From Paragordius varius (Eukaryota; Animalia; Nematomorpha), in NCBI GenBank assembly GCA_964247055.1, contig OZ176054.1, forward strand, positions 12,152,001 to 12,216,000: a DNA stretch of 64,000 bases. Reading direction: 5' to 3'. A program made the translations under genes and the position numbers. Below the pieces are notes generated by a model. It was not told the origin of the DNA, made no database searches, and was given only the letters and a program-made list of their open reading frames with translations. Below, one piece after another: positions 1 through 11,168 of the stretch (position 1 is the stretch's first letter; every line of letters begins with the position of its first letter).

Positions 1-226
1 AGGCCCTAACATATGTATTTAAAATATTGTTTAAAGTTGTTTCAGGTAAATTTAAAATTGTATATCATATAGCATTCAAAGGCAACAGACAAAATGGAAT
101 ACCTATGCCAAGATGGTGGACTGTGTTACAAAAGAATCGAATAGGTTTATTAAAATTAAATGATCGGAAATAGAAGTGGAAAGAAGTAGTTATAATAATT
201 TGCAATTTGTTGATTTTGCCCTAGAG

Positions 227-1887
227 CAGGGCTTCTTAAACTATGTGCGACCCCATTTGGGGTCGCGTAGCAAAATTATGGGGTCGCGAGTGATAAAAAT
301 ACAGTTTAAGGAAAAATGTTTTTTAACTTGTAAAATTATTCTTATAAAAAAATAACAATCATCGTAGATAAATATATCATAAAATCTTCTGGTTCGGAAG
401 GACTGTTTTATATCAGCATTTCTATTCCGATCATTATATCTAATGTATTTATAAAAATAGAAGATGCTGGCTTTGCGATCTGTTTCCGGAAAACCGGTAG
501 ACCCATTCAAATCCAAACATCAAAAAAATATAATCATTAATGCATGCCCCGACAATAACTTCGCCCTTTTTTGAATTAGGTTTCCAGTTCGGGCCCACCC
601 CGTGATGGTTTTTTTAGAAAACAGAAATCCAGAAAATCGTGTCTTTGAGACAATTTTCCGGAAAACGTGTTGTACCTTATTATTTTTTTCACTATCTTTA
701 TAATTCTATCTGATTTCAAACGTGATTATTTTTACTTTTTTTTCGATTGCGCCGAACCCAGCCAGCTTACTTTTTTAATTTATTTGTTTGCCCAGGGCAT
801 GAGACAGTTAAAATTCCCTGAGAATTCGAGTTCTCAGTTAAAAGGCAAAAAATTTAGTCTTGCATTTTTTTATTATTGGCTGCAAGGCAAACAGATAACC
901 GCTAAAACTGCGCCACTATATAGAAATTGCGTTGTTCTGGAGCTAATTTACAGAAAATTTAAGAAACCATATGAGCTCATTACTCGAAATATTACATTAA
1001 GGTCGGGTTTTTTTATTAGCCATTAATTTGGGGCCTTTAATGCCCTAAAACGCCATCATATAACGATTATTTAGTGTTGAGGTGTTTTTTCGAATAATCC
1101 ATGAGACGATGGTATCAAAGATGATTCCAAATATTTGCCCTATAAAGGCAAAGAATTTAAATCAGCGCTTTCATATAGTATGGGTAGGGGTCTACCGATT
1201 TAAAACTGAGACGCCATACAAAATAGGCGTAGTTTTGGAGCTAATATTCAAAAAACTTAAGAAGCCATCCGAGTTCAGTTAAACAAATTTCTGTGGAATT
1301 TGTATAATATCATTCTTTCCTTTAAAGGGACCACAAATGATTTACTTTTTATATCCCTTGATCCCAGCTGTATGAAGACAATTTCAAATTAGAACTTTTA
1401 ACCATGATTTCGTAAAACGAAAATTTTAAGATAAATCCAATGATAGTTGAATATTAACTTTAATAGGGGACAGTAAAAATATGGTTAATTTCGAATCAAC
1501 AATATTTCAGCCTATGCAAAAACCCGTAACAGAATAATTAAAGTTCTTTTTATTAAATATGTTTATTATTATTTTTTATCTCCATTAATCTATTTACTGA
1601 AAATTATAAAGAATATTTATCGGGAGACTACGCCACACCGAAACGTGACAAGGCCTGCAAGTATCTTGTATAAATTTACTATGAATTAAAAAATGTTATA
1701 GAAATTTAAAAATGTAGATTTATTTTTCTCAATCTCTCAAAACCGAAAAACTCCTGATAAATATTATCAACAAAATTTCTAAGTGTTATTTCGAAGAAAC
1801 TATTATTTTACTTTTATTTTCTTGGGGTCCCTAAGCTACTCGCAATCATAAATGGGGTCGGGAACTACAAAAGTTTAAGAAGCCCTG
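227..1887. mobile_element. Non-autonomous hAT element (MITE, ~440 bp native) interrupted by a Helitron
   Basis: Perfect 16-bp TIRs CAGGGCTTCTTAAACT (227-242, 1872-1887). Perfect 8-bp TSD CCCTAGAG (219-226, 1888-1895). An 8-bp TSD and CAGGG ends are typical of Charlie/Buster-type hAT elements. Confidence 0.9.
439..1661 (+). mobile_element. Non-autonomous Helitron copy A (internally deleted)
   Basis: Starts with TC after A (438) and ends with CAAG before T (1662). Degenerate 3' hairpin GCCACACCGAAACGTGAC. Colinear with copies at 24594-26792 and 33233-35518, but lacks about three internal repeat units. Confidence 0.8.
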
Positions 1888-2356
1888 CCCTAGAGCATTA
1901 TCTACCTATTTTTATTGGAAAACTTGTCTGGTTGATATAATTTAAGTTATCAATGATTACGCTTTTGATATTGGATTTGTGTCCTTTGTAAGTATTATAT
2001 GGGAACCACTATAGGATGCCGAAACCCTATTTTTGCTTAGCACCATATCAAAATTTTGAGATAAAAACTATCTAAACTCTTCTAAGATGGCCCAGATTTT
2101 ACGCTAGATACATTAGTTTATTATTTTTTATATCAATTATTACTTTACTATCTTTCTTTTTTAATAATAAAAATATGTAAGTAAATCTATGCATATAATA
2201 TTTTTACTTTAGCTCTTCTGGTAAAATATTATTGTTAAGCAATGAAGTATAATGGAGGCGTCGGATATATTGCAGAGTCTTAGTTATGACAAGTTTAAGT
2301 TGTTTGGGATTCGGAATCTCTCTTTTATTACAATATTCATGCAAAATCGTTTAAAA

Positions 2357-5300
2357 TTAGCTAAATTTAAAACTTCTTGAGCTAATACACTCTTCAACTC
2401 TACCAGTACACCCTTGATAAACTTTTATGATTCAAATCTCATAAATTTTGAATATTTAAAAAATAGCATATATCAATTAAGCTGTTTAAATCATATTAAG
2501 CGGTCTATAGCAGTGGTTGCACGCCCCACCAAACCGAAAATAAAAATTCTTGCGTCCCTCTTAAAAAAATCCGAGAAAACGTGAAATATATTATTATATT
2601 ATAAAATCCCAATCAATGAGATTCCTTATATCTGCATTTTTTGAAATATGTTTTCCATATCGGTAACTTTCGCAATCCTTCGTTTCTACTTTTATTTTTT
2701 CATTGAATTTACCAAACTTTTCGCGCCCCTTTTTGAGAACCACTGGTTTATAGCATGACCAATATAAATTTTAGGCATACTTGAGGATCTTGCGGTCCGC
2801 GGACTTCCAATACGTCTGGTTGAATTAGGACGAGGGGTTCTTCTAGGTGGTGTGAATGGCACTCTTCTTCTTGTAACATTGGTACGACCACCACCTGATC
2901 CTCCGCTTCCAGATCCGCTGCCACTTCCTGAACCGCTACCACTTCCTGAACCGCTACCACCGGAACCTCCACTGCCACTTCCGCTTCCTCCACTACCACT
3001 TCCACCACTACCGGATCCGCTACCACTCCCACTTCCCCCACTGCCGGATCCGCTGCCACCACTTCCGCTACCACTCCCTGATCCACCACTCCCACTACCG
3101 CCACTGCCAGATCCACTCCCGCTACCCCCGCTACCACTTCCCCCACTGCCAGATCCACTCCCGCTACCCCCGCTACCACTTCCGCTTCCACTACCACTCC
3201 CCCCACTGCCAGATCCGCTTCCACTACCACTCCCCCCACTGCCAGATCCGCTTCCACTGCCACTTGATCCGCTACCACTTCCAGACCCGCTGCCACTTCC
3301 ACTCCCTGATCCACTACTCCCGCTTCCCCCACTGCCGGATCCACTACCACTTCCTGATCCACTTCCACTCCCACTTCCCCCACTGCCGGATCCACTACCA
3401 CTTCCACTCCCTGATCCACCACTCCCGCTTCCTCCACTGCCGGATCCACCACTCCCGCTACCACTTCCACTGCCGCTACCACTCCCGCTTCCACTACCGG
3501 ATCCGCTACCGCTTCCACTGCCACTACCACCTATTATTATATTATATATATATGTATATATATACCAAATTTAGGGTCAAAATGTAGTTTATCTAATTTT
3601 CGCATTTTTGGAGAGTTAAACTTATCCTCAGAATGCGAAAATTTTGCATGTTGCATTTAAGTAAATAAACTCAAAAATCTCGTTCTTAAAAGTCACCTGT
3701 TTTTAGAATATAAAAAAATTTTTTTGTAAAAATGACTTCTCCGCAAAATACAATAAATTTAGACATATACCAAGGTTATATTGCCAAAATGAATTTTTTT
3801 AATGAAATTTTTCTGTGTATATGGGTTTTAAATTGTAACAGTATTAACTAGAGCAGGGGTGTCCAACACAAGGAGCTTACCAAATATTGATTTTAATAAA
3901 ATTTTGTGAGCATATTTTTGCGAAATATCGACATCTAATTTTTTCTCCGGTCGCACATAAAATCTCAGAGGCTCGCGTGTTGAACACTCCCAAACAGAGT
4001 ATCAGTATTGTCCAAAAACGCTTGGCTTTAAACAACAGCTTCTTAACTTTAAATTATTTCCAACATATATTAAAATCTTTTTTTACCTGAGATAAGGAAA
4101 GTATGTTACAATCCAAAAATGTTAGTTTTATAAAATATAGAGCCTTTTTTATATTTACAATATTTTTGAAGCTGGCTTAAATTTATAAAAAGTTTTTAGT
4201 TTATCTGTCCATTTCGGGGACCGAATGGGTTAATCACAAATACAAAATGTTAAGTAGTGTGCAAATAGGCGCCTTTAATACTACCCTCTATATCACTTTG
4301 AACACAAATAATACTTTTGTTTTTATTTTAATTTCTGATTTTTATATTGCAGACCTACTTCATAAAGGTCAAGTAAAACACAAGTTTATTATATTGTTTA
4401 GTATTAACTAATGATATGTATAGTAATTTTAACTTAAATATAAATTTGAAAATAACCAGCTGCTACTTAAAATTAGTTTTTGGAATTTTTCTAATATGGT
4501 ACGTGATTCCTAATTTTATTATCAATTCTGGAAGCCAATAAGCTTTTCTATCCAAAATACATTTTATAAATTACAATTTTGACCCAATTAAAATCAAACT
4601 CTTTCATTATGTTATTAATAATCTATATCCAATATATTAGGAGTTCAAAGCATCATACGTTATGCTGCCAGTGAGTATATTCTAGTTGTTAAAACTTTAG
4701 GGGGTTATACAAGATGTAAGTCCCTTTTTAGGAATAATATATATAATTACAAGACCACTAAGAAATCAGTTATTTATAGATATCTTTTATTAAATTTATA
4801 TTGCGATTCGCGATATATGTTATTATCTTAAAAAGAGGCGAGGATGAATGTTCAAAACGGGTTAACCATCCACTGTCTGAAAAATTTTGGTATATAATCT
4901 AATAGTCAATAAATAAACATGAATACTTATCCAAAAAATTGTCCCCTTTTGTCAAAATGGAATTTTTTTAATGGATAAATATTTATGAATTTCATACACT
5001 CGTTATGTACCTCATTTGATAAATAATTTGTATTTCGGATTATCAATTAAAATTCCCATCTTTGAGACTATTGTGATATTCAATTTTTCATGGGTTATTT
5101 TTAGAATCATATTTTTATATGGCTAGAAGACTAAACTTTATTCTTTTCGTAGTTTCATATATTTTGATAAATAAAAACAAAAATCGTTTTATGATCTTAC
5201 TCTTAGAATAAAATTTAAATATACGGTTATTTTCATGAAAGTAGAGTTTTAAATTTTTATGATTTATAACTCAAAAATATTAAATTCTTTTAAAAACATT

Positions 5301-5766
5301 GTCACCCCTAATAAAGATTAATACCTCAGCTATAAAACGTTCCGAAAAGTTATAAGCCACTTAAATTTTAGATATTTCGAAAAATTTGCATTGTAGCCAA
5401 TGTAAAATAATAAAATGACCTATATTAAATTATATGAAAGGTAGAGTAGAGTTTAAGAAATAATTCATAAAATTCCATCTTTTATTAGAAACTTTTAGGA
5501 TTGTGTCTTTTTAAAATTTAGGCAAAATGCAAAAAAAATCGACAATTCCGGTTTTTTTCTTGCATTTATATATACTACAAATATAAATAGATTTTGTACC
5601 TAATTTTTAATTTGGCACACAGTTATATAAAATACTATTTTATGTCCATTATTAGTATATATATATATATATAATATATATATTTACTTTGTTGGAAGCT
5701 GCTTTGTATCAAGATGAGCAGTAACAATAACCCAACAAACCATTTGCTACAAGGGTCCCGTCTCAT
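2357..5766 (-). CDS. Predicted secreted Gly/Ser-repeat protein, ~294 aa; exons 5766-5688, 3530-2781, 2412-2357
   Basis: Exon 1 encodes MRRDPCSKWFVGLLLLLILIQSSFQQ (signal-peptide-like) with a phase-1 GTAAAT donor. Exon 2 is 750 nt, phase 1-1 (AATAG acceptor, GTATGC donor), and encodes ~215 G/S residues plus an R/P-rich tail. Exon 3 encodes RCTGRVEECISSRSFKFS-stop, with AATAAA ~28 nt downstream. Exon lengths 79+750+56=885 nt stay in frame. Exon 2 is well supported; exons 1 and 3 are less certain. Confidence 0.68.
2511..2745. mobile_element. hAT MITE in intron 2 of the Gly/Ser gene
   Basis: Ends CAGTGGTT...AACCACTG. 8-bp TSD GTCTATAG/GTTTATAG (one mismatch). Confidence 0.8.
2887..3530 (-). repeat. 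GC-rich low-complexity repeat encoding (Gly-Ser)n on the minus strand
   Basis: Minus-strand codons are essentially GGN, AGY and TCN only. The Pro/Leu/Asp (plus) and Val/Ala/Glu (minus) ORFs in the track are other frames of the same repeat. Confidence 0.95.
3854..3992. mobile_element. Short degenerate hAT MITE
   Basis: Starts CAGGGGTGTCCAACAC and ends GTGTTGAACACTCCCA. Flanks AACTAGAG and AACAGAGT resemble a decayed TSD. Confidence 0.55.
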
Positions 5767-6884
5767 AACTTCAATAATTTGTAATTTAAACTAAAAATTG
5801 ATAAAAAAAATTAAAATGATTTAAATAATAGTTGGATCATTTCACTAAAAGTCATTGGACATTATATAAATTTCTTTAAGAGTTTGACTTTAAAAAATCA
5901 CCTAACTAAAAAAACATCTTTTCAAGGCCACCGTCATAATATCTTTAGCCAAAAATTGATATAGGTGATAATTAATAATTTTAGATCTTAACTTTAATAA
6001 TATGTTGTTTATTATAAAAAATATAAATGATATAATAAAAACATGTTGTCATGTTTGGCTCATTATACCAAAATTTTTTGTATGTTAAGATCAATAAATC
6101 AAAATCAGTTTAAAAACTTGTATGGTTTTGATAACTTTTAGGTCGTTTCAGGTATAAAGAGTTATATACAGGATATACCGTAAATTAATTGTATCAATGC
6201 CAACAAAATAGATATTATATCATGTGATTAGTAATTATCATTGTCATGTCATATATAATAAATTTCCCCTAATAAAAAATTACACATTCATCCTGATAAT
6301 ATATTATGATAAAAAAATGTATCATGTAACCATGATGTTCTTAGGTTTTGGTAATGAGAGTGATTTAAGAAACTTATTTACAATTTTGTTGGAAGTATAT
6401 ATCTGAAAAAGGCGAAATTGGCCCACATTTCTTAAAAATTTTTTTTTGACTAGAGCTAATTTCAACAAAAAGATATTTTAAAAAAATTATTTTTAGATGT
6501 GGTCGCCGAAAGTCCCAATTTTTTTTCACTCGTCTAAAATGGGCTGCTTCTTTGGAAACAAACGAAAATGCCGATTGTGGGAAAATATTTTTAAATATTT
6601 GCTAAATATTAATATAAACTAAAAATATTTCTAAAATTAATGTATACTTTTTTTGAAAAAATTTGAGTTTTAGAAATTTTGTTGAAGCGTATTTCAAAAT
6701 AAGGAAACAGTATAAAAATGATTTAAGATATTATAAAAACACATTTTATATATATTTCGATGAACATATCCATCATCAATGTTAATTTAAAGGTTCGTTT
6801 GCTTTAAAATTTGTGTGAATTTTACGAATATTTTAACAAATATTTTAATTAAAATTAGGAGGTAACAAAAATGTTTAGTATTAT

Positions 6885-7149
6885 TGTAGTAAATCAAGAA
6901 ACCGTAAAACAATAAGATTTATTGAGATAAAGTGCAAAAACTAAACTACATACAGTTTGCGATGTTTATATACTTTTTGTGAATATAATATTTACATGTT
7001 AAACCAAGGTAAAATAACGTGTGCAGGTTAAATACAAAATTGATACAATAGTTTAACTCATATATAAAAGGTCATCAAAATGTATTCAAATCTAATATAT
7101 AAATTGGTCTCGACTAAGGTTTACTAACTTGATGTATTCTAATCTATCG
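6885..7149 (-). repeat. 3' LTR of element 1
   Basis: Direct repeat of 10904-11168. On the minus strand it begins CG rather than TG (point change). Confidence 0.95.
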
Positions 7150-7156
7150 TATCTCC

Positions 7157-9776
7157 TTATCCAAATCCGAGCCGATCTGGTGCTTTTCTTTCTCTAAGAA
7201 AATATCTTCTTTCAGGTTCTTTCTCAGTTGTCTTTTCCGTTCTTATTTCAACCTGGGTGTCTTTCTCGTTTTCTTTTTCTTTGCTTGGTTCCTCCTCCAC
7301 CTCCCGATTATTGGTTGTCATCTCTTCATCTGTTTGGTTTATCGTTAAATTATCATCCTCCTCAACGCCGTTCTCGACTCCGGTCGGCCGTAATTGATCC
7401 GCATGCTTGCAAAGTGTTCGATTTCCATCTTTAACCGTGTACGAGAGTAGCCCTGTTCTCTCCAAAATAGAACCTTTTCTCCACCCTGAATTGATTTCAT
7501 TCTTTATGTACGCTTCTTCGTCCGGTCTAAAAACTTGATTGGGAATTATGTCGTCCTCTAATTGTTGTGCGGGTGTTTCCCTAACCCAAGAGAAGGGGGT
7601 ATTAATATGTCTTTTCAGAAATAAATTATACGGGCATTCTTTTGTGGCGCTATGTACGGCGGAGCGATAACCCCATAACACTTGGTTTATTTTTTTGTCA
7701 GGAGTCAGCTTAGAATCCGTTAACGATTTATAGTGTGCTTTTAAGGTGTAAATGACCCGTTCCACCAGCCCATTTGTTCGTGGATGATAGGGGGCGCTAG
7801 TGACATGTTTTGTGTTTGCTCGTTGCAAGGTATCTTTAAAATCTTTCGATGCAAAATATGATGCATTATCGGTAACTATCATTCGGGGAAACCCGTACCT
7901 TACACACCAAATTTCCAACCAATGTAGTATGTTTGCAGAATTAACAGTTCTTAGCAATTCGACTTCAACCCATCTGGAGCTACTATCTATAGCTACTAAC
8001 CAATACAACCCATCTATAGGACCGGCAATATCAAGATATATCCTTTCCCAGATACTCGTATTAAAATTCCATTTGTACGTTGGATTACTTTTTATGTTAC
8101 ACTCCGGTTTAACTGACACCCCATACAAGATCTCACATAACTTTCAATATCTTGGTTTATACCTGGCCAATAAACCCTAGCCTTGGCAGACTCTTTCATT
8201 ACATTAGCCCCCGAATGTCCAACATGCAAAAATTTTAAGGTTTCATTTCGCAACGCCCTGGGAATAAACAGACGATCGCCCCAATACAACAACCCATATG
8301 ATTCTTGTATTTCGTTTCTTATACTCAATATCGAATTTAAAATTGGAGCTCAATCATTATGATGTAGAGCCGATTTTAATGCCATCAAACACTCATCCCG
8401 TAAAGTATTTTCTTTCATTCGCGCTACGCTTAAGTTGTCAGTTGTTAGAAGTTGATATGCCTGGGTTGCTCCTCAACTTCCTCAGTTCTTCATACGGTAG
8501 ACGAGATAACCAATCCGCTAAATTTTCCGAACCATTAATATATTGTATAGTAAAATTATAATCGGCTGTTCTGAGTATCCATCTTACTAATCTACTATTG
8601 TTAATATTACTTAGATCTCTCTTAAAGCCAAACAACTTGATCAGGGGTTTATGATCGGTTAATAACACGAACTTTCTGCCATACACAAACATTATTTTTC
8701 TAGCGCATATAAAATTGCCCTTGCTTCTTTTTCAATTACCGAGAAATGTTGTTCTGCCTTCGCACATTTTCGAGGCGCAAAAGCTATCGGCCGTTTTCCC
8801 TCACTTGTCATATGTGATAAGACTGCTCCGAATCCGTCATTCGATGCATCTGTTTCCAACACTAACGGAAGGTTCGGGCTAAACGGTATTAGACATAATG
8901 CATTACTCACCAACAGTTTAGCTTTATCAAAAACCCTCTCTTCTTTTGTCGACCAACACCATTTCTTAGAACCTGTAAGCGCATGTAAGTCCGCGATTGT
9001 AGCATGATAAAGATGGAATAAAACGAGCGTGAAAATTTAACATTCCCAAAAAAGACCGAAGTGATGTTTTATTGGTAGGTGTAGGACAATTCAAAATTGC
9101 TTTTACTTTTTCGTTATCAGGTTTAATTCCTTTGTCTGAAATTATATATCCTAAGTATGACACTGAGGAACGAGCTAATTGGATTTTATCCTTTTTTAAT
9201 TTCAAACCCACAGCAGCTAATTTGTTCAACACTTTTTCTAAATATCCTTATGCTCCATCACCGTTGTTCCACTAACAATTACATCATCTAAGTAAACCGC
9301 TGTACCTGGACAATCTTTTAATAACTTATCCATAATTTGTTGAAATATCGTGGGTGCACTAGATATTCCAAATGGCAGTCTCTTAAATCGAAAAAGGCCT
9401 ATGTGTGAACTAAACGTGAGTAAATGTTGATAATCTTGGTGTATCGGACTTTTCCTTGCCCGATTTTAAACACTAACTGATCAAACGTTGGAATCAGATG
9501 ATCTACAGGAACCAGACTTGGGTTTAAAGTAACTCTAAAATCATTACATATGGCAATATCATTATCATTCTTTTTAACTATCACCAACGGAGTTACCCAG
9601 TCAATTCGTGTTTGCGAGGGGTTTATGGACTCTATAATACCCAGACTTTCAAGCCTCTTTAATTCACTCTCCACCTTAGACTGAAGCGGAATAGGTACCC
9701 TCCTGGCTGCAAATCTTTTGGGGATACTCCCTTTTTTGAGAAACAACTTGATGGGTGGTCCCCTGTAACACCCCAT
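7157..9776 (-). pseudogene. Disrupted pol (RT, RNase H, integrase)
   Basis: Fragments in several frames: WVTPLVIVKK/CNDFRVTLN, FKRLPFGISSAP..VYLDD, LETDASNDGFGAVL, LLTDHKPL, IYLDIAGP..APYHPRTNGLVER. The segment carrying the first RT catalytic Asp appears deleted after GQGKV. There are several frameshifts and stops. Confidence 0.9.
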
Positions 9777-10861
9777 ACCCTCACAAAAAAATCCTTAAAT
9801 TTATTCAATTCCACGTAATTAACATTTTTTACACATACAGCCTCTGGAAATCTGCATTCAAAGCTTTTCATCCATGGTAACCCAAAAATGTTACCCCAAT
9901 CATCCCTAGTAAACATACATTCCAACTGTTTGACCATACCATTCCATTTCACATCTACCACACATTGTCCCATCACCTCTACACCTTGCTGGTTGAATCC
10001 AACTATTGGACCCGCGGGTGCTAAGGTCGGCCTTTCAATCTCCATCCACGTGCTCTTCCCAATCAATGATATTTGAGCTCCGGTATCGTACAACATCCTC
10101 ACCCAATGGCCATTCAGACTTGCTTGCGTTCGGGCTTTATTATTATTATTATTATTGTTACCATTCAGTATATTAACGCACGGGCAACACCTTCCAAAAT
10201 GACCACGTCCTTTGCATCGGTAACACTCCTTGTTTGAAGCGGGACACCAGTTGATCACATGCACGTATCCACATTTTCCACATTTTTTTCTTATCATCAT
10301 AACCTGCCTATTGTCGGGACCCTGATCAATCAAGCAGCTGTCCGCCTTTTCGTACGCCATTGCCATTTCTACCACCATCTCCAACATAACCGGTTTCCCA
10401 TCAACCATTGCATCTGGAAATTTTGTGAACAGATCTACTTCCAATCTTTTGAGTTGTAACCCTCCAACAAACCCATCTCTGATTCTTAGCATTGCATCTT
10501 GCCCAAAGTTGCACCGGGCAGCACATTCCTTTACTCGAATCAAAAAATCCATCACTGATTCCGTGGCTTCCCTCCGGAGTTGCGTAAACTGGAACCTGGC
10601 TGCAAACACATTGTATGTCATAGCAAATAATTTTTTCCCAGCTGCTACCAAAGCATCCCAGCCCACATCCTCTAACAGTACGGGATAAAAGAATTTCTTC
10701 AACTTTGAAATATGGGATAGACCAATGTAGGCCAATAATAAGTTTTTTTTTGTTTCGTAATCTTCTGGAATTAATTTCACTTTTAACATTATCTTTATAT
10801 AATCGATATAATAATCAAAGCTAGTTGCGGGATCATAGGCTTCCAGACTTAATTTCTCCAT
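9659..10861 (-). CDS. Gag plus aspartic protease of the Mag-like element
   Basis: Intact 400-aa ORF. Knuckles CGKCGYVHVINWC and CYRCKGRGHFGRCC; protease motif LYDTGAQISLI. Confidence 0.85.
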   Translation of the reverse strand: MEKLSLEAYDPATSFDYYIDYIKIMLKVKLIPEDYETKKNLLLAYIGLSHISKLKKFFYPVLLEDVGWDALVAAGKKLFAMTYNVFAARFQFTQLRREATESVMDFLIRVKECAARCNFGQDAMLRIRDGFVGGLQLKRLEVDLFTKFPDAMVDGKPVMLEMVVEMAMAYEKADSCLIDQGPDNRQVMMIRKKCGKCGYVHVINWCPASNKECYRCKGRGHFGRCCPCVNILNGNNNNNNNKARTQASLNGHWVRMLYDTGAQISLIGKSTWMEIERPTLAPAGPIVGFNQQGVEVMGQCVVDVKWNGMVKQLECMFTRDDWGNIFGLPWMKSFECRFPEAVCVKNVNYVELNKFKDFFVRVWGVTGDHPSSCFSKKGVSPKDLQPGGYLFRFSLRWRVN

Positions 10862-10903
10862 GCGCGAATGTAATGAGGTAAAAAAAATATCGACCGCGCC
10901 AAA

Positions 10904-11168
10904 TGTAGTAAATCAAGAAACCGTAAAACAATAAAATTTATTGAGATAAAGTGCAAAAACTAAACTACATACAGTTTGCGATGTTTATATACTTTTTGTG
11001 AATATAATATTTACATGTTAAACCAAGGTAAAATAACGTGTGCAGGTTAAATACAAAATTGATACAATAGTTTAACTCATATATAAAAGGTCATCAAAAT
11101 GTATTCAAATCTAATATATAAATTGGTCTCGTCTAAGGTTTACTAACTTGATGTATTCTAATCTATCA
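10904..11168 (-). repeat. 5' LTR of element 1
   Basis: TG...CA termini; direct repeat of 6885-7149. Confidence 0.95.

Larger units (their letters stand above)
6885..11168 (-). mobile_element. Ty3/Gypsy (Mag-like) LTR retrotransposon, both LTRs present, defective pol
   Basis: 265-bp LTRs at 6885-7149 and 10904-11168, differing at 3 positions by eye. 5-bp TSD ATTAT. PBS-like TGGCGCGGTCGA after the 5' LTR and purine tract GGATAAGGAGATA before the 3' LTR. Order gag-PR-RT-RNaseH-IN. Gag has two Cys/His knuckles, as in Mag elements. Confidence 0.95.

Noticed and set aside
241-1282. Short ORFs in Helitron copies (241-516, 667-1026, 1082-1282, and equivalents at 23.3, 24.6, 33.8 and 58.9 kb)
   Set aside because: The frames and stops differ between homologous copies, and there are no Rep/helicase motifs.
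2216-2345. Open minus-strand stretch HEYCNKREIPNPKQ...EELK after the predicted stop of the Gly/Ser gene
   Set aside because: It is separated from exon 3 by two in-frame stops, has no convincing acceptor, and overlaps the AATAAA. It could still be an alternative exon.
2852-3574. 240-aa Pro/Leu/Asp ORF (plus) and 260-aa Val/Ala/Glu ORF (minus, 2748-3530)
   Set aside because: These are alternative frames of the Gly/Ser repeat. Only the Gly/Ser frame explains the variation as synonymous and has matching splice sites.
4226-4234. GGG|TTAA resembling a piggyBac end
   Set aside because: No matching TTAA|CCC partner end was found at a plausible distance.
4353-4670. Possible plus-strand micro-exons (4353-4367 and ~4641-4670, the latter with a GTGAGT donor)
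   Set aside because: Too short to assess, they cannot be linked into a frame, and they lie antisense in an intron. Such AG/GT pairs are expected by chance.
7228-10688. Plus-strand ORFs inside the LTR element (7228, 7800, 8298, 9072, 9888, 10259, 10425)
   Set aside because: Antisense shadows of gag/pol with no recognisable products.
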